42,426 nucleotides of DNA, from assembly GCA_002426555.1 (NCBI GenBank), contig DIQU01000001.1:7249-49674 (forward strand). Reading direction: 5' to 3'. The notes under the pieces are model-generated. The model saw only the letters and a list, made by a program, of their open reading frames with translations. It was not told the origin of the DNA and did not search any database. Origin of the DNA: Firmicutes bacterium UBA5454 (GTDB taxonomy: Bacteria; Bacillota; Clostridia; Caldicoprobacterales; DTU083). Numbering within the stretch: position 1 is the stretch's first letter; every line of letters begins with the position of its first letter. The translations under genes were made by a program, and so were the position numbers. This document shows positions 29,191-38,542 of this stretch, in pieces.

Positions 29191-29389
29191 TACCTTGCAG
29201 CATCTTAACTTTCATAAAATCTTTAATGTCATCCTGAGCATCTGCGAAGAATCTTCCCTGTCCAGATTCCTCGTAAACTCGCAATGACAAGGTTTAAATC
29301 TTTTAATGTCATCCTGAGCATCTGCGAAGAATCTTCCCTGTCCAGATTCCTCGTAAACCAGGAATGACAAGATTTAAGTTTACAGCATA
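29191..29389. repeat. intergenic hairpin-forming repeat element, locus A (two tandem units with an 80-bp period, plus conserved flanks)
   Basis: 29222-29278 is identical to 29302-29358 (57 bp). Each unit has the termini TGTCATCCTGAG ... AATGACA and an inner stem CGAAGAATCT / AGATTCCTCG. The head (TACCTTGCAGCATCTTAACTTTCATAAAATC) and tail (GATTTAAGTTTACAGCATAC) recur at locus B. Confidence 0.85.
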
Positions 29390-29587
29390 CTAATCGCGAT
29401 GATATGTAACCAAGCCGCTGTTGATCTCGCGAACAGCAATGGAAACCGGCTTATCGGCTGTGCTTTCCACTTGAACCAGAGGATTTGATCCGGAAACCAG
29501 CTGTCTTGCTCGTTTCGCTACCTCTATAACCAGCGTATACTTATTTTCTGCTTTATCTGTTAATGAACTTAATGGCGGGTAAATCAT
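29390..29587 (-). CDS. rpoZ: DNA-directed RNA polymerase subunit omega
   Basis: 65 aa. The KYTLVIEVAKRARQL motif is typical of omega. Immediately downstream of gmk. Confidence 0.9.
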   Translation of the reverse strand: MIYPPLSSLTDKAENKYTLVIEVAKRARQLVSGSNPLVQVESTADKPVSIAVREINSGLVTYHRD

Positions 29588-29591
29588 TTTT

Positions 29592-30203
29592 TTATGTTCC
29601 TCCCTGTAATTGCATGATCAATTCTGTGTTTCTATCGACTCGACACTTCTCTGCCAATACTATGGCTTCAATTTTTCTAACAGCTTCTTCTACTATGTCA
29701 TTTACTACTATATAATTGTAGCGCTGGATAAAATTAATTTCTTCAAATGCACTGTTGAATCGTTTTAAAATGATACCCGCATCCTCAGTACCACGTTTTA
29801 CTATTCGTGTGCGCAACTCTTCCATGCTGGGCGGTACTATAAAGATGAATATCCCTTTATCAAAACGTTCCTTTACCTTTAGAGCACCTTGTATATCAAT
29901 TTCCAGGATGACATCTCGACCTTCCATCAACTTCTGTTGAACATATTTCCTGGGGGTTCCATAATAATTGCCGTATACTTGTGCATATTCCAGAAAATCG
30001 TTCTGCTCTATCATGGTTTCAAATTCTTCCTCCGATTTGAAGAAGTAGTTGACACCATTCTGTTCCATAGGGCGCGGAGCACGGGTGGTTGCTGAAACCG
30101 AAAATAATGCTTCAGGGTTGTTTTGCATCCATTTTTTGCAAATGGTGCCTTTGCCCGCTCCTGAAGGACCGGAAATAACAATAAGCAGACCCTTTCTTTT
30201 CAT
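29592..30203 (-). CDS. gmk: guanylate kinase
   Basis: GLLIVISGPSGAGKGT P-loop, SATTRAPR, and YGT motifs. 203 aa. Confidence 0.96.
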   Translation of the reverse strand: MKRKGLLIVISGPSGAGKGTICKKWMQNNPEALFSVSATTRAPRPMEQNGVNYFFKSEEEFETMIEQNDFLEYAQVYGNYYGTPRKYVQQKLMEGRDVILEIDIQGALKVKERFDKGIFIFIVPPSMEELRTRIVKRGTEDAGIILKRFNSAFEEINFIQRYNYIVVNDIVEEAVRKIEAIVLAEKCRVDRNTELIMQLQGGT

Positions 30204-30233
30204 GTCCCATATCCTTTCAAGTTTCTTTTGGGA

Positions 30234-30506
30234 TTATTCCTCTGCCGATGATGTATTGGCAGTATCTTTGGAATTAAGACGATGGGCCATTGTTTCAGGC
30301 TGTACGGCGGATAAGATTACATGGTCGCTGTCGCTTATTATAACTGCACGGGTTCTGCGCCCATAGGTAGCATCTACTAACACTCCTCTGTCCCTGGCAT
30401 CTTGTATGACGCGTTTGATAGGTGCGGATTCCGGGCTGACAATGGCAATTATTCGATTGGCTGAAACAATATTACCAAAGCCAATATTCATAAGTCTAAT
30501 TCCCAT
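30234..30506 (-). CDS. remA: extracellular matrix/biofilm regulator RemA (YlzA, DUF370)
   Basis: [73 protein letters not shown] is nearly colinear with B. subtilis RemA. It lies between yicC and gmk, as in Bacillus. Confidence 0.92.
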   Translation of the reverse strand: MGIRLMNIGFGNIVSANRIIAIVSPESAPIKRVIQDARDRGVLVDATYGRRTRAVIISDSDHVILSAVQPETMAHRLNSKDTANTSSAEE

Positions 30507-30532
30507 ACTTCATTTCCCTGCTTTCTCAATCG

Positions 30533-31411
30533 TTATTCGATATTTTGTATCTGCTCCCGTATTTTCTCGATTTCACTTTTTATTTCCACTACCTGTCCGC
30601 TTATAGCAACATCCGATGATTTTGAACCAATGGTGTTGGCTTCTCTGTTCATCTCCTGAACAATAAAATCAAGCTTTCTACCTATAGATCCACCTTTTTC
30701 AATGGTTTCCGCAAGCTGTATCAGATGACTTCGAAGACGTATAATCTCTTCTGTTATATTGGACCGGTCTGCAAAATAAGCTACCTCTGTTTGAAACCGT
30801 GATTCTTCCAGCTCTGTGTTGTTTAAAAGCTCTTTCAACCTTTGCTCCAGCTTTTTTTGGTACTCCTCTACCACTGCAGGAGAGCTTTCTTCAATGGAAT
30901 CTACCAGTTGATTGATTATTCGACAACGCTCCATGATATCCTTTGCAAGAAATTCGCCTTCCTTTTTACGCATTTCCAGTACAACTTTCAATGCATCATC
31001 CAAGGCTGAAAACAATAGTTCTGCCAGGAATATCTCGTCTTCTTCGGGTTCGGAAACAGTGAAGATGTCATTAATGTCAGCCAATACTGATAACTCCGGT
31101 TTGCTTTTTAAATGGAACTTTTCAGCTAATGCCAGATATGCCGTGTAGTAAGCCTCGGCAACCGGTTCGTTCAGTGTAACTGCAATCTGGTCTTGTGATG
31201 TATTCTTATAGGTAACAGATACCTCCACCCGCCCCCGGGAAAGTGACTGCCGGATTCGTTTTCTTAATTCTTCTTCCAGGGCATTCATCACTCTTGGCAT
31301 ACGCAGACTGATATCCAGGTACCTATGATTGACAGTCTTCAGTTCGATAGTCAGTTCTCGGCTGTCGTCTTTGGCTTTACCCCTGCCGAATCCTGTCATA
31401 CTCAGGACCAT
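30533..31411 (-). CDS. YicC/YloC family endoribonuclease (stress-induced protein)
   Basis: MVLSMTGFGRG N-terminus, and the C-terminal GRKLDFIVQEMNREANTIGSK and EIKSEIEKIREQIQNIE motifs. The ATG at 31411 is 9 nt after GGAAGG; the track ATG at 31420 abuts the RBS. Confidence 0.9.
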   Translation of the reverse strand: MVLSMTGFGRGKAKDDSRELTIELKTVNHRYLDISLRMPRVMNALEEELRKRIRQSLSRGRVEVSVTYKNTSQDQIAVTLNEPVAEAYYTAYLALAEKFHLKSKPELSVLADINDIFTVSEPEEDEIFLAELLFSALDDALKVVLEMRKKEGEFLAKDIMERCRIINQLVDSIEESSPAVVEEYQKKLEQRLKELLNNTELEESRFQTEVAYFADRSNITEEIIRLRSHLIQLAETIEKGGSIGRKLDFIVQEMNREANTIGSKSSDVAISGQVVEIKSEIEKIREQIQNIE

Positions 31412-31470
31412 AGCTTTCATCCTTCCAATTCCTGCTAGAGCTTCGTAATTTGCTCTAGGTTCTTTTTAGT

Positions 31471-31500
31471 ATTATAGCCTGCTTTTGTAGTTCTTTGCAA
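31471..31500 (-). promoter_or_regulatory. sigma-A promoter of the yicC-remA-gmk-rpoZ operon
   Basis: The minus strand reads TTGCAA (31500-31495), an 18-nt spacer, then TATAAT (31476-31471). The predicted leader contains the palindrome CTAGAGC (31435-31441) / GCTCTAG (31452-31458). Confidence 0.55.
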
Positions 31501-31595
31501 GTACTTAACTAAAACTTCTATTTTGTATTTTATTACTACAGCAGCCTTTGTTTGCATATCTTATATAACAGCAAATAATATTTGGAGGTAATTTA

Positions 31596-32891
31596 ATGGT
31601 ATTGACCATCTCTGGAAACTTCATCCTGGATCTGGCCTTCATTCAGGTAATATCCATATTGTATCTGTCTGATGCAGTTCTCCCCCTTGTTAAATGGAAA
31701 GAGTCGGATAATATGCTTATAGCAGCTATGAAAGTTCCACCGCCGGCAGCATGGTATGAGAAAGCAGCGGGTTCCAAATTGAAGTTGATGCCTGATGCTG
31801 CAAAGCCTTGTATGAGAACCACAGGTTTCAGTATCCAGACAATGTCGCGTTTGGCGGACATCCTGCCAAAATATGGAGTAAAATTCTGTCAGGCAAATGA
31901 TTTTTTTCATCGCAAATTGGAAACAATTGCTGCCTTACAACTGCAATTCTGCATGGAATATCTGGAGGAAAATCCTTTTTCTTCAACTGACAGCTCCGCT
32001 GTTTTGGAGGGAGGAGTCTGGTTTTTGAAAACAAAGAGTTTACTTGATGGGCTTGAAGATTTCCATCCTGATTTGGATAATATTTACCAGAAATTTGCGG
32101 ACAATCTGGACACCAACCAAAGTGGCACTTTGGATCTGGCTGCTGCTATTCGAGGAATATCAGTTTGGTATAAGCATAATCGCCATAAAAGTGATGATTT
32201 GCTCAGTTCCCTGGTACTGGAAGTATTAAATCGCAAAAGTCAATCCGGACTTTTTCATTACGGACCCTTCAGCCCCTCTTCTGTCCCCATGGGACAGCAA
32301 TTTTTTATTCTGGATGCCTTGTTGCAGGCTTATTCCCATGTTAAATTGGATTATGTATTGGAAGAAGTGTTTGGCATATTCAGCAGCTTGTATAATATAG
32401 CCTACAAAGATACCATTCAAATGTTTGCCTTCAAGCAAAGAAGCATAAGCTACACAGCCTTTGAAATCGCTGCATTGTTATCCTGCTTGAATAAAATTGC
32501 CATATATTCTTCTGACAATTCCAGACAAAAAGCCATGATCGACCAGATTATCGATACTTTTTTAGAATTCCTCACGCAATCCTATATGGAATTCCATGAA
32601 ACTGAAGTAAGAAAACTGTTGAAATGGATTAGTCTTTCACATGAATGCAAGATTAAAACAGACACGAAACCAGTCATCCGAACTCTGTTCCCAAAGAGAA
32701 TTCGTTTGAGCTGTCCGGGACCCGAAATCAGCTGGAATCGCAAAGGTATAACAAACCAGGCTGATATATTTTTCTTATGCTCCACTCTCCTGGATTTTCT
32801 GGATGAAGAGTCAGTACACTCATATGATCTCACTGACAGTAGTTTTAAGTTAGTGAATACTTTAGGTATTCTTTTTGATTTACTGGCATAA
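31596..32891 (+). CDS. hypothetical protein, 431 aa (no family recognised; probably all-alpha)
   Basis: Long uninterrupted ORF with GGAGG 7 nt before the ATG. No signal peptide or clear transmembrane segment after the hydrophobic first 30 aa. Repeated amphipathic segments (LDLAAAIRGISVWY, FFILDALLQAY, FEIAALLSCLNK) suggest a helical-repeat or alpha/alpha-toroid-like fold, but that is inference only. Confidence 0.7.
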   Translation: MVLTISGNFILDLAFIQVISILYLSDAVLPLVKWKESDNMLIAAMKVPPPAAWYEKAAGSKLKLMPDAAKPCMRTTGFSIQTMSRLADILPKYGVKFCQANDFFHRKLETIAALQLQFCMEYLEENPFSSTDSSAVLEGGVWFLKTKSLLDGLEDFHPDLDNIYQKFADNLDTNQSGTLDLAAAIRGISVWYKHNRHKSDDLLSSLVLEVLNRKSQSGLFHYGPFSPSSVPMGQQFFILDALLQAYSHVKLDYVLEEVFGIFSSLYNIAYKDTIQMFAFKQRSISYTAFEIAALLSCLNKIAIYSSDNSRQKAMIDQIIDTFLEFLTQSYMEFHETEVRKLLKWISLSHECKIKTDTKPVIRTLFPKRIRLSCPGPEISWNRKGITNQADIFFLCSTLLDFLDEESVHSYDLTDSSFKLVNTLGILFDLLA

Positions 32892-32921
32892 TCCGCGTCT
32901 TCGCAAGTCATGAAAATTATT

Positions 32922-34928
<2,007 letters not shown>

Positions 34929-34948
34929 TTAGCTCCTTTCACAACAAT

Positions 34949-37456
34949 TCACAGCTTTTTTAATGGGGCGAGCTCTGCATTGAAGCTCTGAATACCCCCC
35001 TGCTGAAAAGCAACCTTTACCATAAGATCTCTGCCTTCTCCTTCCATGGTTACCACGGTTCCATTCCCAAATCGGCTGTGGTGTACTTTATCTCCCAGTT
35101 GAAAACGCTTTGTACTTTTAGCTGTATTATTATTTTTAGCTGAACTATTCATCATAGGACCATGTAAAGCCTTGCCATCCAATCCTACCATAGGTGATGA
35201 CGCTTTGCCTGAAGTAAAATTATTTACAGGAGTAGAAAATCCCGAAGCACCTTTGTATTGGGATGACTTCCATTTACTATCGCTGCCTCTGCTTCCATAT
35301 CCAATTATATCTCCAAATCCACCTGTATAGACACTGACTTCCTCAATCAGATCATTGGAAATTTCCTTCAAAAAGCGAGAAGGTGTATTTGAAGATGGGT
35401 TCCCATAAAGAATTCTTTGTATTGTATGGGTAATATACAGTCTGGTTTTTGCACGAGTTATACCTACGTAACAAAGGCGTCTTTCCTCTTCAATATCTTC
35501 CTCTGATTCCATGGAGCGGGAATGGGGAAACAAGCCTTCTTCCAAACCGACTAAAAACACTACAGGAAATTCCAGACCTTTGGCACTATGCAAAGTCATC
35601 AGGTTAGCAGTACTTTTCCCCTCTGTACTGTCTTCATTCATCCTGTCAATATCTGATACCAGTGCTATGTTTTCAAGAAATCCCGTTAAGCCGGCTTCCG
35701 GGTTGTTATTCTCAAATTCCCGTGCAGCAGAAACAAATTCCATGATATTATCCAGTCTGTTTTCTGCATCTTTGGAATCTTCTCCCTTAAGCACTGCGCA
35801 ATAGTTCGTCATATGAAGAAAGGTATCCAAAAAATCAGTTAAGCTTTGCTTGTCTTTCTCCTGCTGTAAATCAGATATCAGTCTGCCGAAATCCATCACT
35901 TTAGCAGCAGTACGACCTGTAAGCACCTTGTTTTTATCCAGATCGGCAATGATTTCCAGGACACTGATCCCTGCTAAAGTTGCTGCTTCCTGCAAGTTGG
36001 TCAGGGTAACTGCTCCTATTCCCCTCCTTGGAGTATTTATAATACGCTGTAAGCTGACATCGTCATTAGGGTTGTCCAATACTCGCAGGTATGCAATGAT
36101 GTCTTTTATTTCCTTTCGATCATAGAAGCGCAAACCTCCATAAATATTATAGGGGATCCCATATTTCATCAAGGCTTCTTCTATTGTTCGAGACTGCGCA
36201 TTCATACGATATAAAACAGCAAATTCTCCATATCTGCCGCCATTATGTACATGCTGCTCTATTGTTCTGCACACGAATTCAGCTTCCTGTTGTTCATTTT
36301 TAGTTCTGCAAATGCGGATAGGTTCACCTTTGTCCCTTTGCGTCCACAAGTTTTTTTCCTTCCTGTAGATATTGTGGCTGATAACCTGATTGGCGGCATC
36401 CAGTATGTTTTGATAAGAACGGTAATTTTCTTCCAGCTTGATGATGCTTGTATTGGGAAAGTCTTTTTCAAATTCCAGAATGTTTCTAATGTCTGCTCCT
36501 CTCCATCGATAAATGGACTGATCGTCATCGCCAACTACACAGATATTACCATAGCTGTCCGATATAAGTTTCACCAGCATATATTGAGCAAAGTTTGTAT
36601 CTTGATATTCATCTACCAGAATATAATGAAACTTGTTTCGATAATAGTCAAGCACATCGGGATGCAAGTAAAACAGCTCCAAGGTCTTATTTAGCAGATC
36701 ATCAAAATCCAGGGCATTGTACTTTTTAAGTTTTGTTTCATAGAGCTTGTAAATTTGTGCCAATTTTTCTTCTCGGAATTCGCCCTGCACTTCATCTTCA
36801 TAATCTTGGGGACTCTTCAATTCATCCTTCAAGTGCCCGATAAGTGTACGTATTTCCTTTGGAGCATACATTTTTTCATTTATGTTTAAATCCTTTAAGC
36901 ATTCTTTGATTACCGTAAGCTGATCTGTGTCGTCATATATGACAAAGTTTCTTGTATACCCAATTTTGTCTATATCTCTGCGTAAAATACGAACACAGGT
37001 AGAATGGAATGTGCTGACCCAAATACCTTGTGCAGCTTCACCTGCTAGGCCAAAAATACGTTCGCGCATCTCACGAGCAGCTTTATTGGTAAAGGTAAGA
37101 GCAAGAATCCTGGAGGGGTATACCTCCCGTATACATAGAAGCTCCTCCACTCTTTGCAGCATTTCCTTACTGCCAGAATCCAATGCTTGCTCGTAATCTT
37201 CAAGCGCCTGTAAGTCTTCATCTTTCAAGTTACGTGGAATATATTTGCTTTTATATGCATCTCCAAAACGAAGGATATGAGCTGCCCTGTTGGTTAAGAC
37301 CGTGGTTTTCCCCGAACCGGCTCCAGCCAATACCAACAAGGGACCTTCAGTGGTTAAAACTGCCTGTCTTTGCATATTGTTAAGATGGCTGTACAGCTCT
37401 TCAAATATGCGATCCCTGATTGCATAGTATTCTCTTATGATGTTTGTATTGCTCAT
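34949..37456 (-). CDS. pcrA: ATP-dependent DNA helicase PcrA (UvrD/Rep family)
   Basis: GAGSGKTTVLT Walker A, DEYQDTN, VGDDDQSIYRWRGA, TLHSAKGLEFPVVF, and YVGITRAK motifs. C-terminal HHSRFGNGTVV Tudor-like domain. 835 aa. Located upstream of ligA, as in Bacillus. Confidence 0.95.
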   Translation of the reverse strand: MSNTNIIREYYAIRDRIFEELYSHLNNMQRQAVLTTEGPLLVLAGAGSGKTTVLTNRAAHILRFGDAYKSKYIPRNLKDEDLQALEDYEQALDSGSKEMLQRVEELLCIREVYPSRILALTFTNKAAREMRERIFGLAGEAAQGIWVSTFHSTCVRILRRDIDKIGYTRNFVIYDDTDQLTVIKECLKDLNINEKMYAPKEIRTLIGHLKDELKSPQDYEDEVQGEFREEKLAQIYKLYETKLKKYNALDFDDLLNKTLELFYLHPDVLDYYRNKFHYILVDEYQDTNFAQYMLVKLISDSYGNICVVGDDDQSIYRWRGADIRNILEFEKDFPNTSIIKLEENYRSYQNILDAANQVISHNIYRKEKNLWTQRDKGEPIRICRTKNEQQEAEFVCRTIEQHVHNGGRYGEFAVLYRMNAQSRTIEEALMKYGIPYNIYGGLRFYDRKEIKDIIAYLRVLDNPNDDVSLQRIINTPRRGIGAVTLTNLQEAATLAGISVLEIIADLDKNKVLTGRTAAKVMDFGRLISDLQQEKDKQSLTDFLDTFLHMTNYCAVLKGEDSKDAENRLDNIMEFVSAAREFENNNPEAGLTGFLENIALVSDIDRMNEDSTEGKSTANLMTLHSAKGLEFPVVFLVGLEEGLFPHSRSMESEEDIEEERRLCYVGITRAKTRLYITHTIQRILYGNPSSNTPSRFLKEISNDLIEEVSVYTGGFGDIIGYGSRGSDSKWKSSQYKGASGFSTPVNNFTSGKASSPMVGLDGKALHGPMMNSSAKNNNTAKSTKRFQLGDKVHHSRFGNGTVVTMEGEGRDLMVKVAFQQGGIQSFNAELAPLKKL

Positions 37457-37474
37457 TCTATTTTTTCAAATACC

Positions 37475-37777
37475 TCACTTAGTCTTCAATTTGTCTAAAA
37501 TAAGATTGTATCCGTCTGCTCCATAAATCAATGATCGATTTACCCTGCTGATGGTGGCTGTACTCGCACCTGTCTTTCCTGCAATTTCCTGATAGGTGTT
37601 TTTCTCTCGAAGCATAATGGCAACTTCCAGCCTTTGAGCCAGTGATTTGAGCTCGTTGATGGTGCAGAGATCTTCAAAAAAACGATAGCATTCATCTTGA
37701 TCCTCCAGTAGAAGAATGGCATCAAAAAGCTTGTCTGTCTGATCATCTTTTAACTTGGATACATATTCCATCTTCAT
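37475..37777 (-). CDS. YerC/YecD family TrpR-related protein
   Basis: 100 aa. The pattern LFDAILLL...DECYRFFEDLCTINELKSLAQRLEVA..L....TYQEIA..TGASTATISRVNRSL is characteristic of the family. Located upstream of pcrA, like B. subtilis yerC. Confidence 0.9.
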   Translation of the reverse strand: MKMEYVSKLKDDQTDKLFDAILLLEDQDECYRFFEDLCTINELKSLAQRLEVAIMLREKNTYQEIAGKTGASTATISRVNRSLIYGADGYNLILDKLKTK

Positions 37778-37854
37778 TCCTCCTGCTAACAGAATTGCAA
37801 ATCAGTAACCCATACTTGTAGCTTGTAGCTCCCATTATGCTGAAATCCAACTGG

Positions 37855-38023
37855 TACCTTGTAACATCTTCAACTTTCATAAAATTTTCAATGTCATCCT
37901 GAGCAATTGAGTCGGATCTTTTCTGTTCAGATTCCTCGTAAACTCGGAATGACAAGTTTTTAAACTCGTGATGTCAAGATTTTAAACTCGGAATGACAAC
38001 AAGATTTAAGTGTTACAGCATAC
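37855..38023. repeat. intergenic hairpin-forming repeat element, locus B (one full unit plus three tandem copies of the 3' arm)
   Basis: It has the same head (TACCTTGTAACATCTTCAACTTTCATAAAAT), the same unit termini (AATGTCATCCTGAGCA ... CAGATTCCTCGTAAACTCGGAATGACAAG) and the same tail (AAGATTTAAGTGTTACAGCATAC) as locus A. The 3' arm TAAACTCG(G/T)(A/G)ATG(A/T)CAAG is repeated three times at 37938-38007. Confidence 0.85.
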
Positions 38024-38086
38024 CAGGAACCCTTCCAGTAAGATTAGCATAAATTACTAAGGTATAATAGAAAGGGGGCTGAACCG

Positions 38087-38407
38087 ATGCGTTACATTGT
38101 ACAACCCGGAGATTCCATCCTGGAGCTGGCTCAAAGATACCATACCCGTGTGGAAGCTGTTATGTCAGTGAACCATTTAAGTTCTCCAGAACACATTTAC
38201 CCCGGAATGCTGCTCAGTATACCAATAACAGTGGAATCACCGTTAACAGGAAGAGGATATACAGTACAACCCGGAGAGTCTCTATATGACATAGCTGTAG
38301 AACATCAAGTGCCATTAAGAGAGCTGATACTTATAAACCATATTATGATACCTTTTATGGTTTACACCGGGCAGGAGCTTAATCTTCCAGAAAGCATTGA
38401 TTCCTGA
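38087..38407 (+). CDS. LysM peptidoglycan-binding domain protein (two LysM repeats, no signal peptide)
   Basis: Two LysM repeats, YIVQPGDSILELAQRY...NHL...IYPGMLLSIP and YTVQPGESLYDIAVEH...INHI...VYTGQELNLP. AAAGGGGG RBS 8 nt upstream. Confidence 0.85.
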   Translation: MRYIVQPGDSILELAQRYHTRVEAVMSVNHLSSPEHIYPGMLLSIPITVESPLTGRGYTVQPGESLYDIAVEHQVPLRELILINHIMIPFMVYTGQELNLPESIDS

Positions 38408-38453
38408 CAAATCTATATTAACATATTAAACCGATAAAGTGAAATGAATAGAT

Positions 38454-38506
38454 GAAAAAATGCTGATCCGGCAATATGTTTTTATCCAAGTGGATCAGCA
38501 CTTTTT
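38454..38506. terminator. bidirectional terminator between the LysM gene and the SSB-like gene
   Basis: TGCTGATCC (38461-38469) pairs with GGATCAGCA (38492-38500). It is preceded by AAAAAAA and followed by CTTTTT. It sits between convergent genes. Confidence 0.65.
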
Positions 38507-38542
38507 AATATATAAGTAAAATCATTTATTATTCCGATGATT

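Noticed and set aside
31593-32911. Minus-strand ORFs inside the 431-aa orphan gene (31593-31910, 31643-31861, 31828-32034, 32226-32438, 32582-32911), considered as possible alternatives to the plus-strand call.
   Set aside because: They are fragmented (each 109 aa or less), Cys/Arg-rich, and lack an RBS. The plus-strand frame is open for 1.3 kb and has a near-ideal RBS, so the plus-strand gene is the better model.
35105-35332. Long Gly/Ser/Asn-rich linker of about 76 aa between the PcrA helicase core and its C-terminal Tudor-like domain. The protein is 835 aa, against about 725-740 aa in Bacillus PcrA.
   Set aside because: PcrA/UvrD proteins normally have a disordered linker of variable length at this position. 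The frame is continuous and the flanking domains are intact, so this is probably ordinary length variation.
36245-36694. Long ORFs antisense to or overlapping confirmed genes: 36245-36694 (149 aa, inside pcrA), 21098-21502 (134 aa, inside prkC), 40179-40682 (167 aa, inside the topoisomerase gene), 11503-11944, 13013-13357, 6226-6567, and many of 60-100 aa.
   Set aside because: Each lies entirely within, and opposite to or out of frame with, a gene that has strong family motifs. Their sequences are low-complexity or Cys/Ser/Phe/Leu-rich, as expected for antisense frames of AT-rich genes. None has a convincing RBS.
37814-37830. Tandem heptamer CTTGTAG-CTTGTAG upstream of the yerC-like gene, considered as a possible operator.
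   Set aside because: There are only two copies, with no palindromic partner and no known binding motif to compare against. It is too short to distinguish from chance.
37743-37955. 70-aa ORF (MSFRVYEESEQKRSDSIAQDD...) in the yerC-LysM spacer.
   Set aside because: Its 5' half is a read-through of repeat locus B, and its 3' end overlaps the start of the yerC-like gene. It has no RBS. It is the kind of pseudo-ORF this repeat class typically generates.
38063-38068. A perfect TATAAT upstream of the LysM gene, considered as its -10 element.
   Set aside because: It lies only about 18 nt before the ATG, so the transcript would start inside or after the Shine-Dalgarno sequence. No acceptable -35 element lies at 16-18 nt. 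The gene may use a sporulation sigma factor whose site I cannot identify.
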